64,000 nucleotides of DNA from Tubulanus polymorphus (GCF_964204645.1 NC_134026.1:22354150-22418149), one strand, 5' to 3'; shown: positions 1 through 15,125, counted from the first letter of the stretch. A program made the numbers and translations. Notes: generated by a model from the sequence alone, not told the origin.

Positions 1-39
1 GTCATTTGCCGTTCAAAAGCAATCATTTGTCTAATGCTA

Positions 40-119
40 AAATTTGGCTCGGGCCTGGTCCGACGTTTTTTGGTCGACCAAATTTGGCACGGGCCAAAAA
101 TGCTCGTGTGATCGCGGCT
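40..119. mobile_element. Terminal fragment of a Harbinger/Tourist-like MITE family ('gggccaaatttgg' family)
   Basis: The reverse complement reads AGCCGCGATCACACGAGCATTTTTGGCCCGTGCCAAATTTGG. Related termini and motifs occur at about 20205, 35470-35590, 41840, 43110-43200 and 48153. Confidence 0.55.
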
Positions 120-305
120 ATAGACATACATAGCTCAAATTGGTTCAAAATCAATATATCAATAATAATAATATACTACTAATGATAACAATAAATATAA
201 TTTCATGTAGTGTTATTTGCCAAAATATAAAAACTTGCAGCGTTTCAAAATCTAGTTGAAAATGAAAACTTCCATCAAAAGTGTTGCCAAACCGTAATTA
301 CTTAC

Positions 306-620
306 TGCATAAACTTCGGCCTCCTCGACGAATCCTAGCTGAACGGCGTCATCGAGTTGAGTTTGATCATACCCGTATTCTAAATGTTCGATACTGTCCG
401 ACATGAACAAATGCTGCAGGTGTTCGTCGAGTGTCTGAGTGGGTATGATGGGTGCGATCGGGTTCTGGACGGCCGGAGGATCACTGATAGAACGGGCGAC
501 GACCAAACGAACGTGACTGCCCGACTGGCGCAACACCGACGCTACCTGTTCGGATCCCATTCCTCGTACATTAATGTCACCGATCTGCAGCAGGTGATCT
601 CCACTGTGCAGTCGACCGTC
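306..620 (-). CDS. MPDZ: MPDZ/PATJ-like coding exon: second half of PDZ2 and linker
   Basis: Acceptor gatttatag|GAC and donor TAT GCA|gtaagt (305-300). 315 nt, phase 0-0. DGRLHSGDHLLQIGDINVRGMGSEQVASVLRQSGSHVRLVVAR...EEAEVYA. Confidence 0.92.
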
Positions 621-743
621 CTATAAATCGAAAAGATTTTCTTTGATTCATAAGTTAACTGTCTGAAAATTCTAAATATAAAACAGGTCTCGAGTTGTTA
701 GACAGCTTGTGGAATGGTATTAGACTGGTTATCAAATAAAACA

Positions 744-980
744 AGACAGATAGTTCTTTTTAGGTAAACTTGTTTATTTGAAGTACGAGCTTTTGCTACT
801 GATATAGAGTAGCTTAACCCGATGAAGCTACTATACATCATCAGCCTAAATCAAAGCATACTTGTTTATTTGAAATAGGCTATTTATGTATAGTAGCTTC
901 ATTAGGCAAAGCTACTATATATTAGGAATGAAAGCTAGTACTTCAAATAAACAAGTTAACCTATAAAGTACTATCCGTCT
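744..980. mobile_element. Foldback/MITE-like inverted-repeat element in the 651-bp intron
   Basis: agacagatagttctttttaggtaaacttgtttatttgaagtacgagcttt pairs with aaagctagtacttcaaataaacaagttaacctataaagtactatccgtct. The inner arms (gatgaagctactatacat / atgtatagtagcttcatt) also pair. Confidence 0.7.
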
Positions 981-1271
981 CTTTTTAATTATTCTACACC
1001 AGATTAGCACGCCCCTTTCTACATAACTGCTTATAAAGCTTAGCCTATCCAACAGCAGGGCCCGTTTTTTAAAGTCTATTCCAACGGCTTCAACCATAGG
1101 CTTCAATCATGCTTCAATGTAGGAATATTGTACTGTTTTGATGATCAATAAAATGCAGTTAATCATCTATGTGAGAGGAAAAAAGTTGATTTAAGTGTTA
1201 CAAGATATGACCCAAGATATAAAAGCATTTCAATAGACAGGGAATCTACAGCGATTAACTATTTTACTTAC

Positions 1272-1406
1272 ACGATCTGCAACACCTCCTGGCAGGATTG
1301 TTTTGACAACAACGCCAGTGCTTTTGCCTCCAATGATTCCAAAACCGAGACCAGAGCCATCGTTTTGCAAGTCAATAACTTCTAACTGTGTCCATTCTGT
1401 GTTCAA
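1272..1406 (-). CDS. MPDZ: MPDZ/PATJ-like coding exon: first half of PDZ2 (missed by the ORF track)
   Basis: Acceptor gtattttag|TTG and donor GAT CGT|gtaagt. 135 nt, phase 0-0. [45 protein letters not shown] includes the GLGF loop. Confidence 0.95.
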
Positions 1407-1989
1407 CTAAAATACACAACCGTAAAAATATGGGTTAGAGATAACTACCAATTACTATTGACTAGATTAGCATATAAAAATCTTAATCAGGTAAAGAGAG
1501 CAATTTTTTATTGCCAATTGCAGATGATTTTTGACTGGTTCTGATATATTGCTGCGGCGAATTTACTTCAATTTCTTCAAAAGCATGGTATTCTCAGAAG
1601 AAAAAATAATGTCATTCAGCAAATTATTGCCACAGGTCAGGGATTTCCCCAAACAGGAGCCAGTTCCACAGTGGACTCCAAGTGATCTAATTTCACGACT
1701 GGGTCCAGGGATACTTCATAACGTTCTTATCGGTATAACTTTTCAACTTTTCAATGCCAAAGTGCCACCAGGTAAGAGAATAAATTACTGGTAAATATAC
1801 ACTCTATTCATACATATACAATGAAAGATGCAGAGAATGGGGAATTGATGGTAATTTTCAGCCACGAAAAAAGTCTTCATACAATGTTCGGACAACACTG
1901 TAGGGGATAGCAAGTCATCTGCTTTTCAATAGTGGATAATAGTGCAGCCAATTCATGTAAATCTATACATGGATAATATGTTCAAGCAT

Positions 1990-2012
1990 AGAGAGAGAGA
2001 GAGACAGAGAGA
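1990..2012. repeat. Imperfect (GA)n microsatellite
   Basis: agagagagagagagacagagaga. Confidence 0.7.
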
Positions 2013-5000
2013 ACGCGAGACAACCCAAGCAATATTTCACATCACTGTTGACAGGTTTATTAGGCATGCTCTTTTGGCAAAAATTCAGAAAATTCGATGA
2101 AACACCCCGGCGAGAGAAACTGAAGTTGCTGCGCAAACAATATTCCGCAGATTAGATTAATCAACGTATGAATATACGTAACTGCCGATCGATGGCCGAG
2201 ACTGGTGGAAAAATCATGAGCGCACGTGTGTGCTTTGTGTGTTTGTGCGAGTGTTATGTATGTACGCTGATTTCCCAGTAGAATGGCAGATAATTCAATC
2301 AAAAAAGGATAATTCGTTAACAAAGAAAAATCGCGCGGGAATAAAAACCTCACTAAAGCAATAGGCAAAAATTGTGCAAGTTTCCGCGGTAAAATGATCA
2401 ATCACAAATCTCAAACATTCTCCCCTGATGTGTCTTATCAACTGCACACAATTTGGTGAGCAGTAAGGCTGTTTTTTCATTGTAAGTTGGATAATGGATT
2501 TGATGGACTTGAAATAATTGAGGAGGGGAAAATTATTATTTTTTCCTTAAAACGTTGAATTCATTGCTAATTGAGAGGGATCGGGGAATGGGATTCAAAA
2601 TAAAGATTAAAACTTGCCCTATTTTGGTGGTTGTTTTGGGTACCCAAATATTGTTTATTTATTGCCTACATACGTAACTGACGCTGCCATTTTTCCAAGT
2701 CACCCTATTTACTGAATGAACCTGACAAATATATCCATTAGAACATTATTGTCTACAGCGAGATGATATGGCAGTGGAAAAATTTATGAATGTTTATATC
2801 TATTTTCGTATCAATGCTTAAAAATAATAGAAATTGGAAAATTTCATCGGCGGATCCTTAATCCAACTTTTAAAGAAGATGGCCTAAATTATGTTTCAAA
2901 GCCCACTTCACACTGACACTGAGAAAATGAGGATTTGTTGTTGTTACCAAGCCAGAAACCAATCCGACAGTTCTTTTTTATGCTCTATTCGATAAAGTAA
3001 ATCGGATTCGACAGCCAATGATTAGGCCACTGCGGTCAATAACGTTGGACCTGGGGCATGTCAAATCTGATCTACGATGCCCGTTTGTCCGGATCAAAGG
3101 TGTTGCTTTGAGTTTGTGAGGCCTGGCTCACAATTTCTTATTTTGAGTGAACACCTGAAATCTGGGTAAAAATATCATTTGAATGGGACACTAGTTCATC
3201 TTAGAATTATATATCTATTGACCTAAATGAAAATTCTTCGGCAATATCAAGAAAGGCTTAGTTATAGTTGACATTTCGCAAGAAGTTGACAATAAACTAG
3301 AGAAAAAAACTGGCTACCTGGTACTATCTATCCATTAGTGCATGTAACAACATCATATCAACGTTTGATATTCGATTTATGAGCTAAATTAGCGTCTATG
3401 ACATTTGATTATGACGTGTCATCACACCGCATGATTCTTTCAATGAAATATGAATATTGCTGTCAGATAACGAAATCATCACCGCGTATCATAATTCGGT
3501 CTATTCATACGTGATTGAAGAACTAATCATTGGCCTTGAAAATTAACCAAATGTACATACATATATACACATAGACATATACCCAGGCATCGTGGTTACA
3601 TTTACATTTTCCTAATTAGTGAGTTACTGGTTGCTTGATTTGGTCTTTACAAGGCGTAATTTCTCCGGCGGAGAAGACATCGTATTTGCTAAGATTCCCC
3701 GGTGAAGTCAGCCGCGAGGTAGGTAAACATTTATTATACAAACAGCCCTGTCAAGTTACGCGCCATACTAATGGTACACTAGGCAGATTGGCGGATTGAA
3801 CATTTTCTGGAAAGTTTATATCTCCAAATCCCCCTCCTCCGGAACACAACAGTCTTACTTATAATTTGATCATACTTAGTTCGAGATTGGATTAATAAGT
3901 CAGATTCACTATTCCATAGTTACAGAGAGTTCTCAATTCTCATGTCAATACTGACTCACAATTGATACATCACCTTTCCCATAGTGTCATTTTACACAAT
4001 TAATGAAGAACTCAAAAGAGAGCTGCATTTGTAACCAAACCTTAATTATTTCAGATGAAATCTTGAATTTCTAATACCGCCAAGTTAATACCTAAGTTGT
4101 GACATAATGTGCGTTGGTTTCATGATGATTCTGCCACATATCTGGCCAGGTTCCATGTCCAAAATGGGCGTAAGACATCAGACCCCATTAACATGGGTTA
4201 AAAATTGTCATACAGCTTGGTCTCACCAATACAAGTTTCAAGTGGAGGAGAAATGTCTTCTTTTTCATTAGGATGCCTTGCATGTTGATAAACGCTCTTA
4301 TGAAGGGACACTTTAGTACAACTGCATTTCAGGTTGTGGCAACTCTCTTCGATCACAATGAAAGAGTGTTCGCTAATTGCAAGGAGATAAGCAATGACCG
4401 AGGACCGACCGAGGACCGACCGCGGTTCAAGGATTATCATAATGAGAATCGGCAGTGTGTTAGCCAAATTCCAACAGCACCGACCCGTCAAACATTCTGA
4501 TCTGACTATTTCCATACCAAATGAAGGCAGCAACTTTAACTTCGACGAGCAAAAAAGCTATTAGGTGAGAGAGCAATTGCACCCGGAAATAATCGATGAT
4601 ATTACATCACAAATTGTTTGGCACGGAAAATATGAACAGATTATGGCTGTTCCAGGGAAAACGCTTGGAGTAATCATCTTAATGAAGATGATTACTCCAA
4701 AGAAGAACCACGAGCTCGCCGCGATTGTGACAGCAATCATATTAATGTTAATCAACCGCCGGGTAAAACCTGTCAAATACGTCTACTTCGAAATTCGATT
4801 GACAAGAAGAAAACATCGGTACGTCCGACCAGGCACGACCACTTCCATGTAAACAGTAAAAATTCAATACTCACATTCCGCATCATACCCGCCTTGATAC
4901 CCGTCTTAAAATGATTGTTATGCCATTGATGATTGTTTCCTAGACTTAATCGTCGTCGTTGTTTACGCAAAGCTAGATACTCCGCTGAAATGAGCATGAA

Positions 5001-8000
5001 CTGACAGACGGCGAATTCACTTAGATCCATCAGAACGATGTCACGTGCACCTGTAACTACGATTCATCTCCCGGCCCACAGGTATCGGATACTGGCAGTG
5101 AAGTCTGTGCGATATATCATCTCGCGACGTAACCCCCTAGCCCGATGTTTGGGTTTGTCAACAGACCTACGGCCACACCACGACGAGTGAGTCTCCGCAA
5201 AAATTCGATGTTTAATAAGTGGAAACCGCACCGCAACAAAATTACCATAGTAAACACTCAAACGTATCCAATAACTGCATACAATTCATGAAAAACTAGT
5301 TTTCCGGTTCCGTAGTTTCTGTAATGTTTGGTACAGATTCGGCGATAAGTCGTGACGTAAATTACCATGAATTTCACTGTATTTTCGTGAGGAGCACAAA
5401 TTGAAAAGCCATTCATTACTGATTGACTTTGATGCTGCGCCGTAGAAAATTCCGTGCCGAGCAAACAGCGCAGCTCTCGTTTTGTTTAATTCCGACCAGA
5501 TCAAAGATTCAGCGAAAGACCTTTGATATTTAGGAAAATAAACCAAGATAGATCAGGAAGGAGTCAGTAGAAATAGGCAATCACTTGGAAAGGGTTAATT
5601 TACACGCACATGTGGGCAGTAGTTCTTTCTTTGAAAAACGGATCAATTGGTAGAAGTCAATAATTATTCCGTTCCTCTGTACGGATTTAATGCAATCGGA
5701 TTTTCCCGAATATCTCCATATCCTCGTTCGCACGACAACGCCGAAATGAAATATGAAAATCGGTAATCTGCGTTGAGCCATGCTGAGCACGCATTTCAAT
5801 TTCAGCTCACCGATTTCAATGGAGAATTTTGATTAATTATTAATTAGAAAGATTACGTTTTAATAAAGTTGTCAATTTTCATGTCGGGAAAGTGATCGCA
5901 CGACTAATCGATACGGTAGTGACATAGTGGAATTGAAACCTAACATCGGAAGTCTTGTGATTCAAATATGAAAAATTGATCAAGTATGTAGTGTATAAAA
6001 ATAGCAGCACCTGTTGTAGACTTATCGTAGGTTTGCTATATATGGCAGCTGGTATGGGCAGAGGCTAGTAACCGGTTTTGCAAGTTCGCATAAAAACCTG
6101 AAGAAGTTCTAACGGGATAGAAAGCATTAAGTCAAAACTACGAAGAAATCTGATCAAAAGTTTGAAAACCTCAGTCGGAGACGCGAAAAAGTTTCTCCAG
6201 TTTCACCAACTGCACTTTCTCAAATGGTAATTCACATATTAGGATAGCGAGTATATGAAAATGGGATGATTCTCTAAGCCGATTATAGGTCTGTGTCGTC
6301 GATCGGCGAAATCGATGAATGTTAACGCATTAAAGAAGACGTTCGAGTCGGAAATAAAAAGCGCTGCCGTATTTATCTCGCGAACAAGATTTTCACTTGG
6401 AGCGCAATCTTCGTTTTCACAGAAGTCTTCACAATCATGTATGCGTCTGCTGTGGGTGGTGTGTATGATAGAGAAAGAAATCACATTAATGCCAGAACAT
6501 GTAATTCATCTTCAACTTTTCACAAGTAAATACCGGCAAAAATGTTAAAAATAGAGTTTGGTGTTTCAGTTTTCTCGATGAGAAATGTTGAGGCTACTTA
6601 AGTACAGCGTTGTTGGGTGAGTGATGATTTCCGCTAACAGCAACTATAAGGGCGATTTTATAGACCAGAAGAAACTTGTGATTACATACGGACGTGTACA
6701 TGCTGCAACTAGCAAGCGATTTTTCGATTGATGGCGAAGGACATCGAAATGAAGCTTGAATACAATACAAATCCACTTAAGATCAGAAACATTTTGAATG
6801 AGAAAATAATGAACATAAAAAAAATGAGTTCAAACCCTGGTGATGACAGAGTTTCTTGGTCGAAGATTCTTCTCTGGTCTCTCCCCCATTGGGAAAAAGA
6901 AACATCGAACCTGCTTATAGTGCCCTGTGTGGCGCTTAGCGGGTTAAGGGTGTTGGTATGAAAAAAAAACATATCTCATAATCAAACACGTCAGACTAAG
7001 GTTGGCACTGCTGAAAGATTTTAAGAGAGACAGTAACATGCCTGAACTAGAGCACAATGAAAGAACACATGATCCATGAAAGCGCAATCATTGGTCAAAA
7101 AATTATTTTCCGTCGCTTTACGTTGCTAGTTGCTGCACAGGGAGCAATTGATGAGAGATTTCACTACGACAATTTTCCATCTCACAAACATCTTGATATT
7201 GTGCGACTAGTCATTTGTGACCAACACCATCAGTTGCAGTTGCATGAACCCACAGACAGACGAGCACCAGTCACTGCGATTTCAATCAGGCTAAAATCGC
7301 ACAAAAATTCGCGCATCTGCGCTGGGCTTTAAAGAGATCCAATTTTACTTATTCCCTCTCTCCCAGTCCACCTGCAGTTTATGATGAAGGTACTGACTAA
7401 GCTGTGATGGAATGTGCAAATGAACTAGTTTTAGATGTAAGCAGAAGAAAGAAGTGCGATGAGTTACATTACGATGCTATAGATAGCTACGAGAATAAAT
7501 CTCTTCAACTGGAAGTGATAAAGAGACACAGGGACATTATCCGAATACGAAAATAGAATTATTTTCATTCTTTCCAACAAAATTTTCTCGTGAAAATCGC
7601 GTTAGATTCGTACAACCCACGGAACTAGAACTAGAATTTGAGCAATATCTACCGAAGCAGAAATGCCGTCAAACGCTAATTGCTGTAAAGGCATGTTTGA
7701 TTGAAATTTAAACAGCGTCGACTTCTGAAGTCACGTTTTTTTTCCAAACACGCGGTGTGAATCGGCGAGATAAGGCCACGACGAAATAGCAGTCATTAGT
7801 TTCCGAGCAAATGGGATTTAGATCCAACGCGATACCTACACGAGGCCGGGTTCGATAATGCAAGTAGCGTCGCCCAAGTAGCATTTTGGCGAGGTTGCGA
7901 AAGCTTTCAAGCAATAAATTTCTGCCGACAGGAAACATAACCAACAATTCCTTTTATCAAAAATATCCATGAGAGATCGTAGGATGGATGTTGTTAGTGC

Positions 8001-11000
8001 GACCTTCCTAATCAGCAGAATACACGACTATTGACCGATTGTAAAATATTTCGTGGCGATGGTTGAAAAAGTTCGACTCAAGAAGACAACGTTATTGAAA
8101 TTTAGCACCTAGATTAGCCAGCAGCGATTGAATAAACGTTGAAATCGAATCTACGATACCACGCCGACCATGAAATACCAAACGCTGCCGAACGCAAAAC
8201 TCTCGAATTTCCGGACGACAAACTTCAAAGAGCATAAACGCCATAAATTTCCGCCCCAGGGGCCACGACAAACATATCAGTATTCGAATACCGATTCGAA
8301 AGATTACGACTCTCGAAATATAATCATCATTCGCCGTGCTGACTGATAAATGAAATGTGCTGGTGAATATTTAATTATATCGACTTAGTAGAAGTCGTAA
8401 CTTTTGAGTTATTGAGGTGATAATTGGTTCGCATGATCTAATACATCTTATGAATTAGAATTCAGAGCACGGGGTCATTTTTGTAACAGCGTCAACGCAC
8501 CCGATTCCCGCAGCAGAACCGAGTGAATTAAATAAACATCACCATGCATCCGCCAACTGCGCTGCAGTCTCGACGCATCAAACCTTGCTGAAATTTAAAG
8601 ATATGCGCAAAAGGGAAAAGATTAATGGCAAACTACATGCATGGACATCGCGCACTGCGAGGGTATGAACATTTTCTGCACTAGTATCAGAACACCGGAA
8701 TACCAACCAATATGTTTTGATTAACAACGATGACGAAGAAATTGAAAGTGCCGAAGATGTAGAAATGAGGCGCTTTGCTAACACATTGTTTCATTTCATC
8801 ATTTCATTGAAAAGTGATCTTGCCATAGACATATCATCATCATCATATCATCATCGTCACCATCATCATGAAAAAGGCAAATTTGGTCACCTCTAATTCA
8901 ATATATATTCAACTGCTCTGAATGCAAAATGATGGTGCGTTCATCGAAATATGGGATTAACTCACCACACCATATATCACAGGCAGAAAAAAAAGGGAAA
9001 TTTTGAGACTCTAATAGAGTTTGCAAAAAAGTTGCACACAAATAAAATGAGAGAGAATGGTTTAGAATCTTTTTTTGAAAAAAACCATAGATTCCATACA
9101 TTTCTGACATAGGTGCGATGAACATTTCGATCACAATTCACGATCTCACTGGAACAAAAAAATATCAAGAGCACAGATATCACGAAGGCCACCCACAACC
9201 AACTACAGTAGCTACAGATAGACATCAATCTCAGCATCTCAGGATTTCTTGAGAAAAATATTTGCAATGATCGACTTGTCAGATAGGTTTATGGTAGTCA
9301 CTATTTTAATAAGCACACATGACTGATCAAAGCAATAAAATTCAGCAGCAATCGTCATTGGTTGCCAAAAACAATTCTGTTATCGTTAATTTACAATTTT
9401 CTCCGCAAAGCCGTGAACGGTTCTCGCGAATCTTCAAGCCCTAGGCGCCGCTTCTGACGGACTGAAATTGATCAAAGTTTTGAAGGATCGAGCTACAGCA
9501 AAGAAGAGTAATTTCATTAATTAGTTCTTCACAAATTGGAATCGGGGACAATCCAGATTTTTTCTCGTTCGCTTTTCAAACAGGCGGAGAACACACGGCG
9601 TGCAGTGGACTAATCCATCTAATTTCATACCCGCCTGCCATGCGATCACTAACATGAAATTGTCCATAAATATTAAAGCAGTTTTTCTTTGATTGTTGAT
9701 ACCATAGCTGTTGATACAAGCAAATCGACTCATGAATTATACATTTCTCGGACAGCGCAATGTCGATCCATAAAAATCAGCGTAGTATTCCATGTATTCA
9801 ATTATTATCATCAATTTGTCGATTTGAAAAAACTATTGCAGTGATCTCCTGATCTCCTAGGTACCCCTCAGCTTAAGCCCAGTAGTTCATTGGTCAATGG
9901 TCCTAAGAACCATTCCCTCATGCATAGTCTTGACTATGCAGGGAAACACAGAAACTGGAGACAGAAACATGTTTCTGTGCATTTACGAGAATCATGGTTT
10001 CAGGAACAACATTTCCGTTTTCCCCTACGTCATGTGCCTTGGGCCTTACCATGCTTGCGCATAAAAAACAAAAAATCTCAGCCAAAGTTGCTATATATCA
10101 TGCAAAACTGTGTATTTATTTCAAGAACCAATCATCAAAATCAGTATTAACTTTAACTTTGCAGGTGGATTTGTTTTACTCTCTATTACTATTTGAACAC
10201 ATGATCTGTGGAATTGAAAAAATGCATAAAAAGCAAAATGTAATCAGCTGAAAATCCATGGCATATCCAGCACGGAATACTGAAATGTAAAGCCTTTATT
10301 TGAAAGATAAAACGTAAAACGATGTACTAGCCAATAATGCACCAAACCTTCCTACAGTCACAACAAGAGTCGACATTGTTGTCATTATCACCCGCTGTGA
10401 AACAAACTCCTTGCCATCTTTATTTATGAGTCGTAAGATCTGAAGAATGACCAAACACGTCGATAATTGACAATTGCGCTGATCACAGAACCGGTCCCCA
10501 TGTGCGCGAAATAATAAGATGATTAGTACTGTGCCGGTATCAATTTGTCACCATTCTCAAGAACATCATGTTTGTCGCCCCGTAACCCTGACGTTAACTT
10601 TCGCGAATCATTGTTTCCTCGCAGGCCTTTGACAATGAGGCACGATGGCGTGCACCATGTAGAACTTTATCATCATAGGCAAACGCAATTCTAATTTGCA
10701 ATGCAATGTGTCAAATAGCTAACGTGAAATATGTTTTACGGTCATATTCAACATAGAAATCATGACGCGATTTACTGGCTATGGCGGCTGTTATGGGGCT
10801 CATAAAATCTAGAAAAGCGAGGTTTAATCAAGAAAAAAATTCAGTGAAAGATTATGTTCTAAGACAGCTATGACATCGGATTTCAGCGCAATTTGTGGGA
10901 TAGGAAAGGTGCTGTTCTTTAGCTGATTTTTGGATAGGCCAGAATTGAGATCTCACGAGTATTTCATCTTTTGTTTTATCAGATCAATCAATGAACTGAT

Positions 11001-11947
11001 ACCGGCATGTTGAAAATGTTTGCTAGGGAATTAGGAAATCCGATAGGGCTGATTTGGGAAGCAAAGATGGCAACCAGTCAGCTATCTTTGAATTAAGAAA
11101 CTTTATTCCAGCTATACTGAGCCGTATGCTGAAAAGGCTAAAAAGAGAAAAAAGGCAAATACATAAACCAAAAGATAAGATAATTTCTGACCAATGAAAA
11201 CAGTTTTTTGGTATTCATGAAATGTTCTCGATCAGCTATCAATTGGTGGTCGTATCTGATTGTGCTGATTATAAGCAATTTTCCCCACATCTAGTTTTTC
11301 TTTTTCAGTGTGGCAATCTGATAGAAAAAACATTTCCATTACAGACGACGCATATTGATGAAGATCCTATCCAATTCAATGCAGATTGAGATTGTTGGCC
11401 GAAATGAGGATCTTTTCGCTAATGTATTTCTTCATTGACCTGTAGTTGCAGCGCACACTGAATTAGGCAGATCACGTGGGGAATAATGCATTTACGCCGC
11501 TCAGCTCGGTCACGCGGAAAAGTGATGTCGTGCAAGATGGGACGGATGTTGTAGGTAAGAAAACACGATGTTTAATTGTGCGTGTGTCTTAATGCGTTAA
11601 ACAGTAGGCGCGTGATGAGGCATCCAAAATCAAAATTAAACCACGGCAGAAGGAAAATCAACAGGAAATTCGCTGCGAGGAAGCGAATGAAATTGTAGAT
11701 TGAGCTAAATGTATAGTAAAAGCAGCTGTTAATGCTGAGGATGCTGTTACGCTGGATTTTGATGAGTTACATCCTGAAGTGGGAAAAAATGTATCATTTT
11801 GCTCAATAATAAATGGCCTGGTGATGATATCAAGAAGCTATTACAGGTGGAAAACGATAAAAAATTGACAAAATGATCTTCAACCTAAGTATGGTATAGC
11901 TATTTCAAAAATCTCAATGTATTAAATCAGGCAGCCAACGAAGTTAA

Positions 11948-12235
11948 CTCCGATCAGTCGCATGCTGGTTCAGGCTGGTTGGAAGATTGTTTAAATGAAC
12001 AGGAACAGAAACTGTACTTCCATTTAAACAAAAAATTCTGTAAATTCAACTGTCGATCAGACAACTATCTGTACTTCCATTTCCGATTTTAATATCAAAC
12101 CTCCTCTTTAGTTCCCGGAAGGTGTGGTGTATTTATAAGGGACACCAAATCAAAACTAATTGAACCAAAATCAATCAAACAGCACTGACAGTCAAATAAC
12201 AGGGACAATCCCTAGTTTAAGATGAAAAAAAGCTA
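11948..12235 (+). repeat. Interspersed repeat, copy 1 (about 290 bp)
   Basis: Colinear with 61197-61472 (tggttggaagattgttt...ctatctgtacttc...accaaatcaaa...aaataacagggNcaatccc). Diverged, same orientation. Confidence 0.8.
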
Positions 12236-13503
12236 TTCAATGTAATGCGTTACTTTTAGATAATACGAACAAAGCAAATGTCATATTCAACATTTCTCGC
12301 TTAGACAGAAAGCGAATATCTTATCCGTAGTATGAAATCCTCTTCAAATAGGAACGTCATGCACAAATATCTCATTCTTAGGAACCGAGACTTTTTCAAA
12401 TGTAGTCGACTAGCAGCACACAGTTGCGTCTCAAGAGACGATGCCGGCTGAGAAGTCGCATAAGAGTAGCATGTCATTTACAGCCATTTACAGAATCGCG
12501 ATCACAAAAATATGATGAGAGCCTGTCATGCTATATGCAGTAGTAGTACTTGCGACGTCGACTAAAGACACATCTCAAGGGACATCTTGCAATGCGATGT
12601 CATTTTCTTTTCTCATTCATTAAAAGCCCAAATTCTTTGCGGCAATACGCATGACAAACACGTCAGCCAAGAAGCCATTGTAGTAGACACGTCTCCAATA
12701 CTAGACCGACTGGCGCATTTGAAATGGTATAGCAGTTTTCAGAATTAATTCACAGAGGTTTTAGGACATTAACCAGTCCTAATGCAAAAAATATTTCCAA
12801 TTTCAACTGGCGCTATATTGAGAAACCTTCCAGCAGTTTCTATTTAAGTGGTTGAAATTAATAAAATGAGTTTTGCGCTAAAATCGATGGCGTTTGAGTG
12901 TGAATCATAATGCAAAACAATGAACCGTGCATCACCAACACAAACTGCCATGTCATATTTGACAATCCATTTGATACTTGTTCATCCAGAGGAGAAATAC
13001 CCTGAAGCGTGATTCCTGAGATTGAACGGCGATGCGCCATGCCGCACGCAGCGGGGAGAAATTGCTCAACGGCATTTCCGACTACGAATGATTTTCAATT
13101 TATTTCATAATCAACAAATCATAAATAACAAATCTAACCTACTGCATGCGTTTGCTTACTTAGGTGCACACACGAAACACTGTAGTAACATAATTTCTTT
13201 TTTTTCTATTTTTTGTAATATGATCGAGAATTCAAATGTTGCCAACAATGCTTTTAGTTCGACACACCCAAATTAGTAAGTAGGATCTGGCATGATATAA
13301 CGTGTGTACATCGCATATACTATGATATATAGCGTTTACTAATTCATCGGGTATGACAGTTAATTCTCCAAAGCATGCGTAACATCGCAGTCATGTCAGG
13401 GATGACAAGATTATTTTGCATGTAGTGAGACTTCGGTTAACGAAAGAGAACAATGGCTCTCAAATTATTTTCATTACCATAGAGACGTTATAAGCAGTCC
13501 TTA

Positions 13504-13679
13504 AGCCCAAGGCACACGGCAAAACATTTGTTTCGCCGAAACAGAAAACAACATTTTTCAGAAAATGTTTTTGCTCGTGAAAAACGTTTTTCAGTTCGGC
13601 ATTTTTTGTTTTGCCTCCCCCGCACACGGCATGACAAAAAACATCGAAAACGTTTTTTCAGTGCCGTGTGCGTTGGGCT
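13504..13679. mobile_element. Tourist/PIF-Harbinger-like MITE, 176 bp
   Basis: TIRs AGCCCAAGGCACACGGCA / TGCCGTGTGCGTTGGGCT (1 mismatch), flanked by a TTA target-site duplication (13501-13503 and 13680-13682). Confidence 0.85.
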
Positions 13680-15125
13680 TTAGCATTCTACAAACACCTG
13701 TCCAGTCCAGTTAATAAAACTATTCATTAGTCCAGTGAGTTCATTCCCCTCTTTTTCTAATGCAAAAATGACACAGAAATATCTACTAACCACTTTCTTA
13801 AACCCACCCTACTGGTCGGAAATCTATATCTGAAGATCTTTTTTGTTGATATGTCCCCTTGACAACATTATACACCTCTTACATCAAGATCGTTACGCTT
13901 ATCAACGAGAATCGCACCATCACCAAGCAACAAACTGCTTAGGTTGGAAATTAATTATTGGAATATGCAAGAATTTATAGACTCAGGGCTCAATCTCATC
14001 AATATTATAGTAGTATGTTGGCTAAACTTTTTCTCACATATCAAGTTTTTCTCTTCAATTTATGACAAATGTTATTTGTTCTACTATACCACTTGAAATA
14101 GTAATGAATTTGATCATGAATTAATTACAGGAACATCAATGAACACGCGTATACACCTTCATCAAACTAAACCCTCTCTCAGTCTGTGATTGATGAGGCT
14201 TAGGGGTCAACTAAGATTATAAGTAGTAGATCTGACCAGTTCTTGGGACTTCATAATCACTAATTGATAAGATTTCAAAGCAATAAATCACCAACAGAGT
14301 GGATGCTATTTAGCCAGCATTGATATCCGAACTATCCGAACCAACGGGTCAGCTGTAGGTAAAAGTTCAAGCCTGAGACACGACTAAGAGCTAATGGAAG
14401 TGGTCATACGAAGAATTCCATTATATTTTCAATGTAATAATCATCAGTAAAGCCTCGAAGGACTCTTAAGTGAATGGTTAGGATCATTAGTTCGTTCTGC
14501 TTTGAATTCTGAAATGATATTTACATGAATTTGCCAGCTGTTTAGTCAACTGGTGATTGTTTGATTGTTCAGGCCAAAGAAACTATCAATAAGTAGCAAC
14601 TAGCTTACTTAACGATTTCGTAGCTGGATATACACGGCAACATGCAAGTTGAAATTTGAAGCTAAACATTTATCCAGCATTAACATCGCATAATTAATAT
14701 TCATAGCGAGAAAATTAACCGATAAATTTCTGATAAGCAGAGCAGCTGACAAGCGAAATTAACTATCAGGCACAGCATTTATGAGGCGGAGAATAGGGGT
14801 CAATTTATTCATTCACTTTGTATATTCCTAAATTGAAATGGCTTCTCTAGGAAACAGTCCCTTGTTACAAGAGGCGGAGGAAAATTGAGACTGCGGTTAG
14901 TGGTTGAGAATTTGAACAGGGATAACCAAATATCAGGAGATCCGGTCAAGGTAGAAACCAAACTACATTTCTTCAATCGGGATTAAATGAAATTCTGTTT
15001 CATTTCTGACAAGTTTTTAACAGCGAAAGAAAGAAGATTCCAATCGACCAATCTTCCAAAACTACCTGATTATCAAATCAAGTATTTCAAAATATACAAA
15101 ATTTTCCACTTATGATGACACTTAC

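Larger units (their letters stand above)
1407..15125 (-). other. 13,719-bp phase-0 GT-AG intron
   Basis: The junction SDM|LNTEW resembles the DM(V)LNTEW motif that precedes PDZ2 in invertebrate Patj/MPDZ proteins. Confidence 0.85.

Noticed and set aside
6770-6947. Possible second piggyBac-like element (GGG|TTAA end; partial similarity to about 56270-56320)
   Set aside because: No convincing matching left TIR or TSD.
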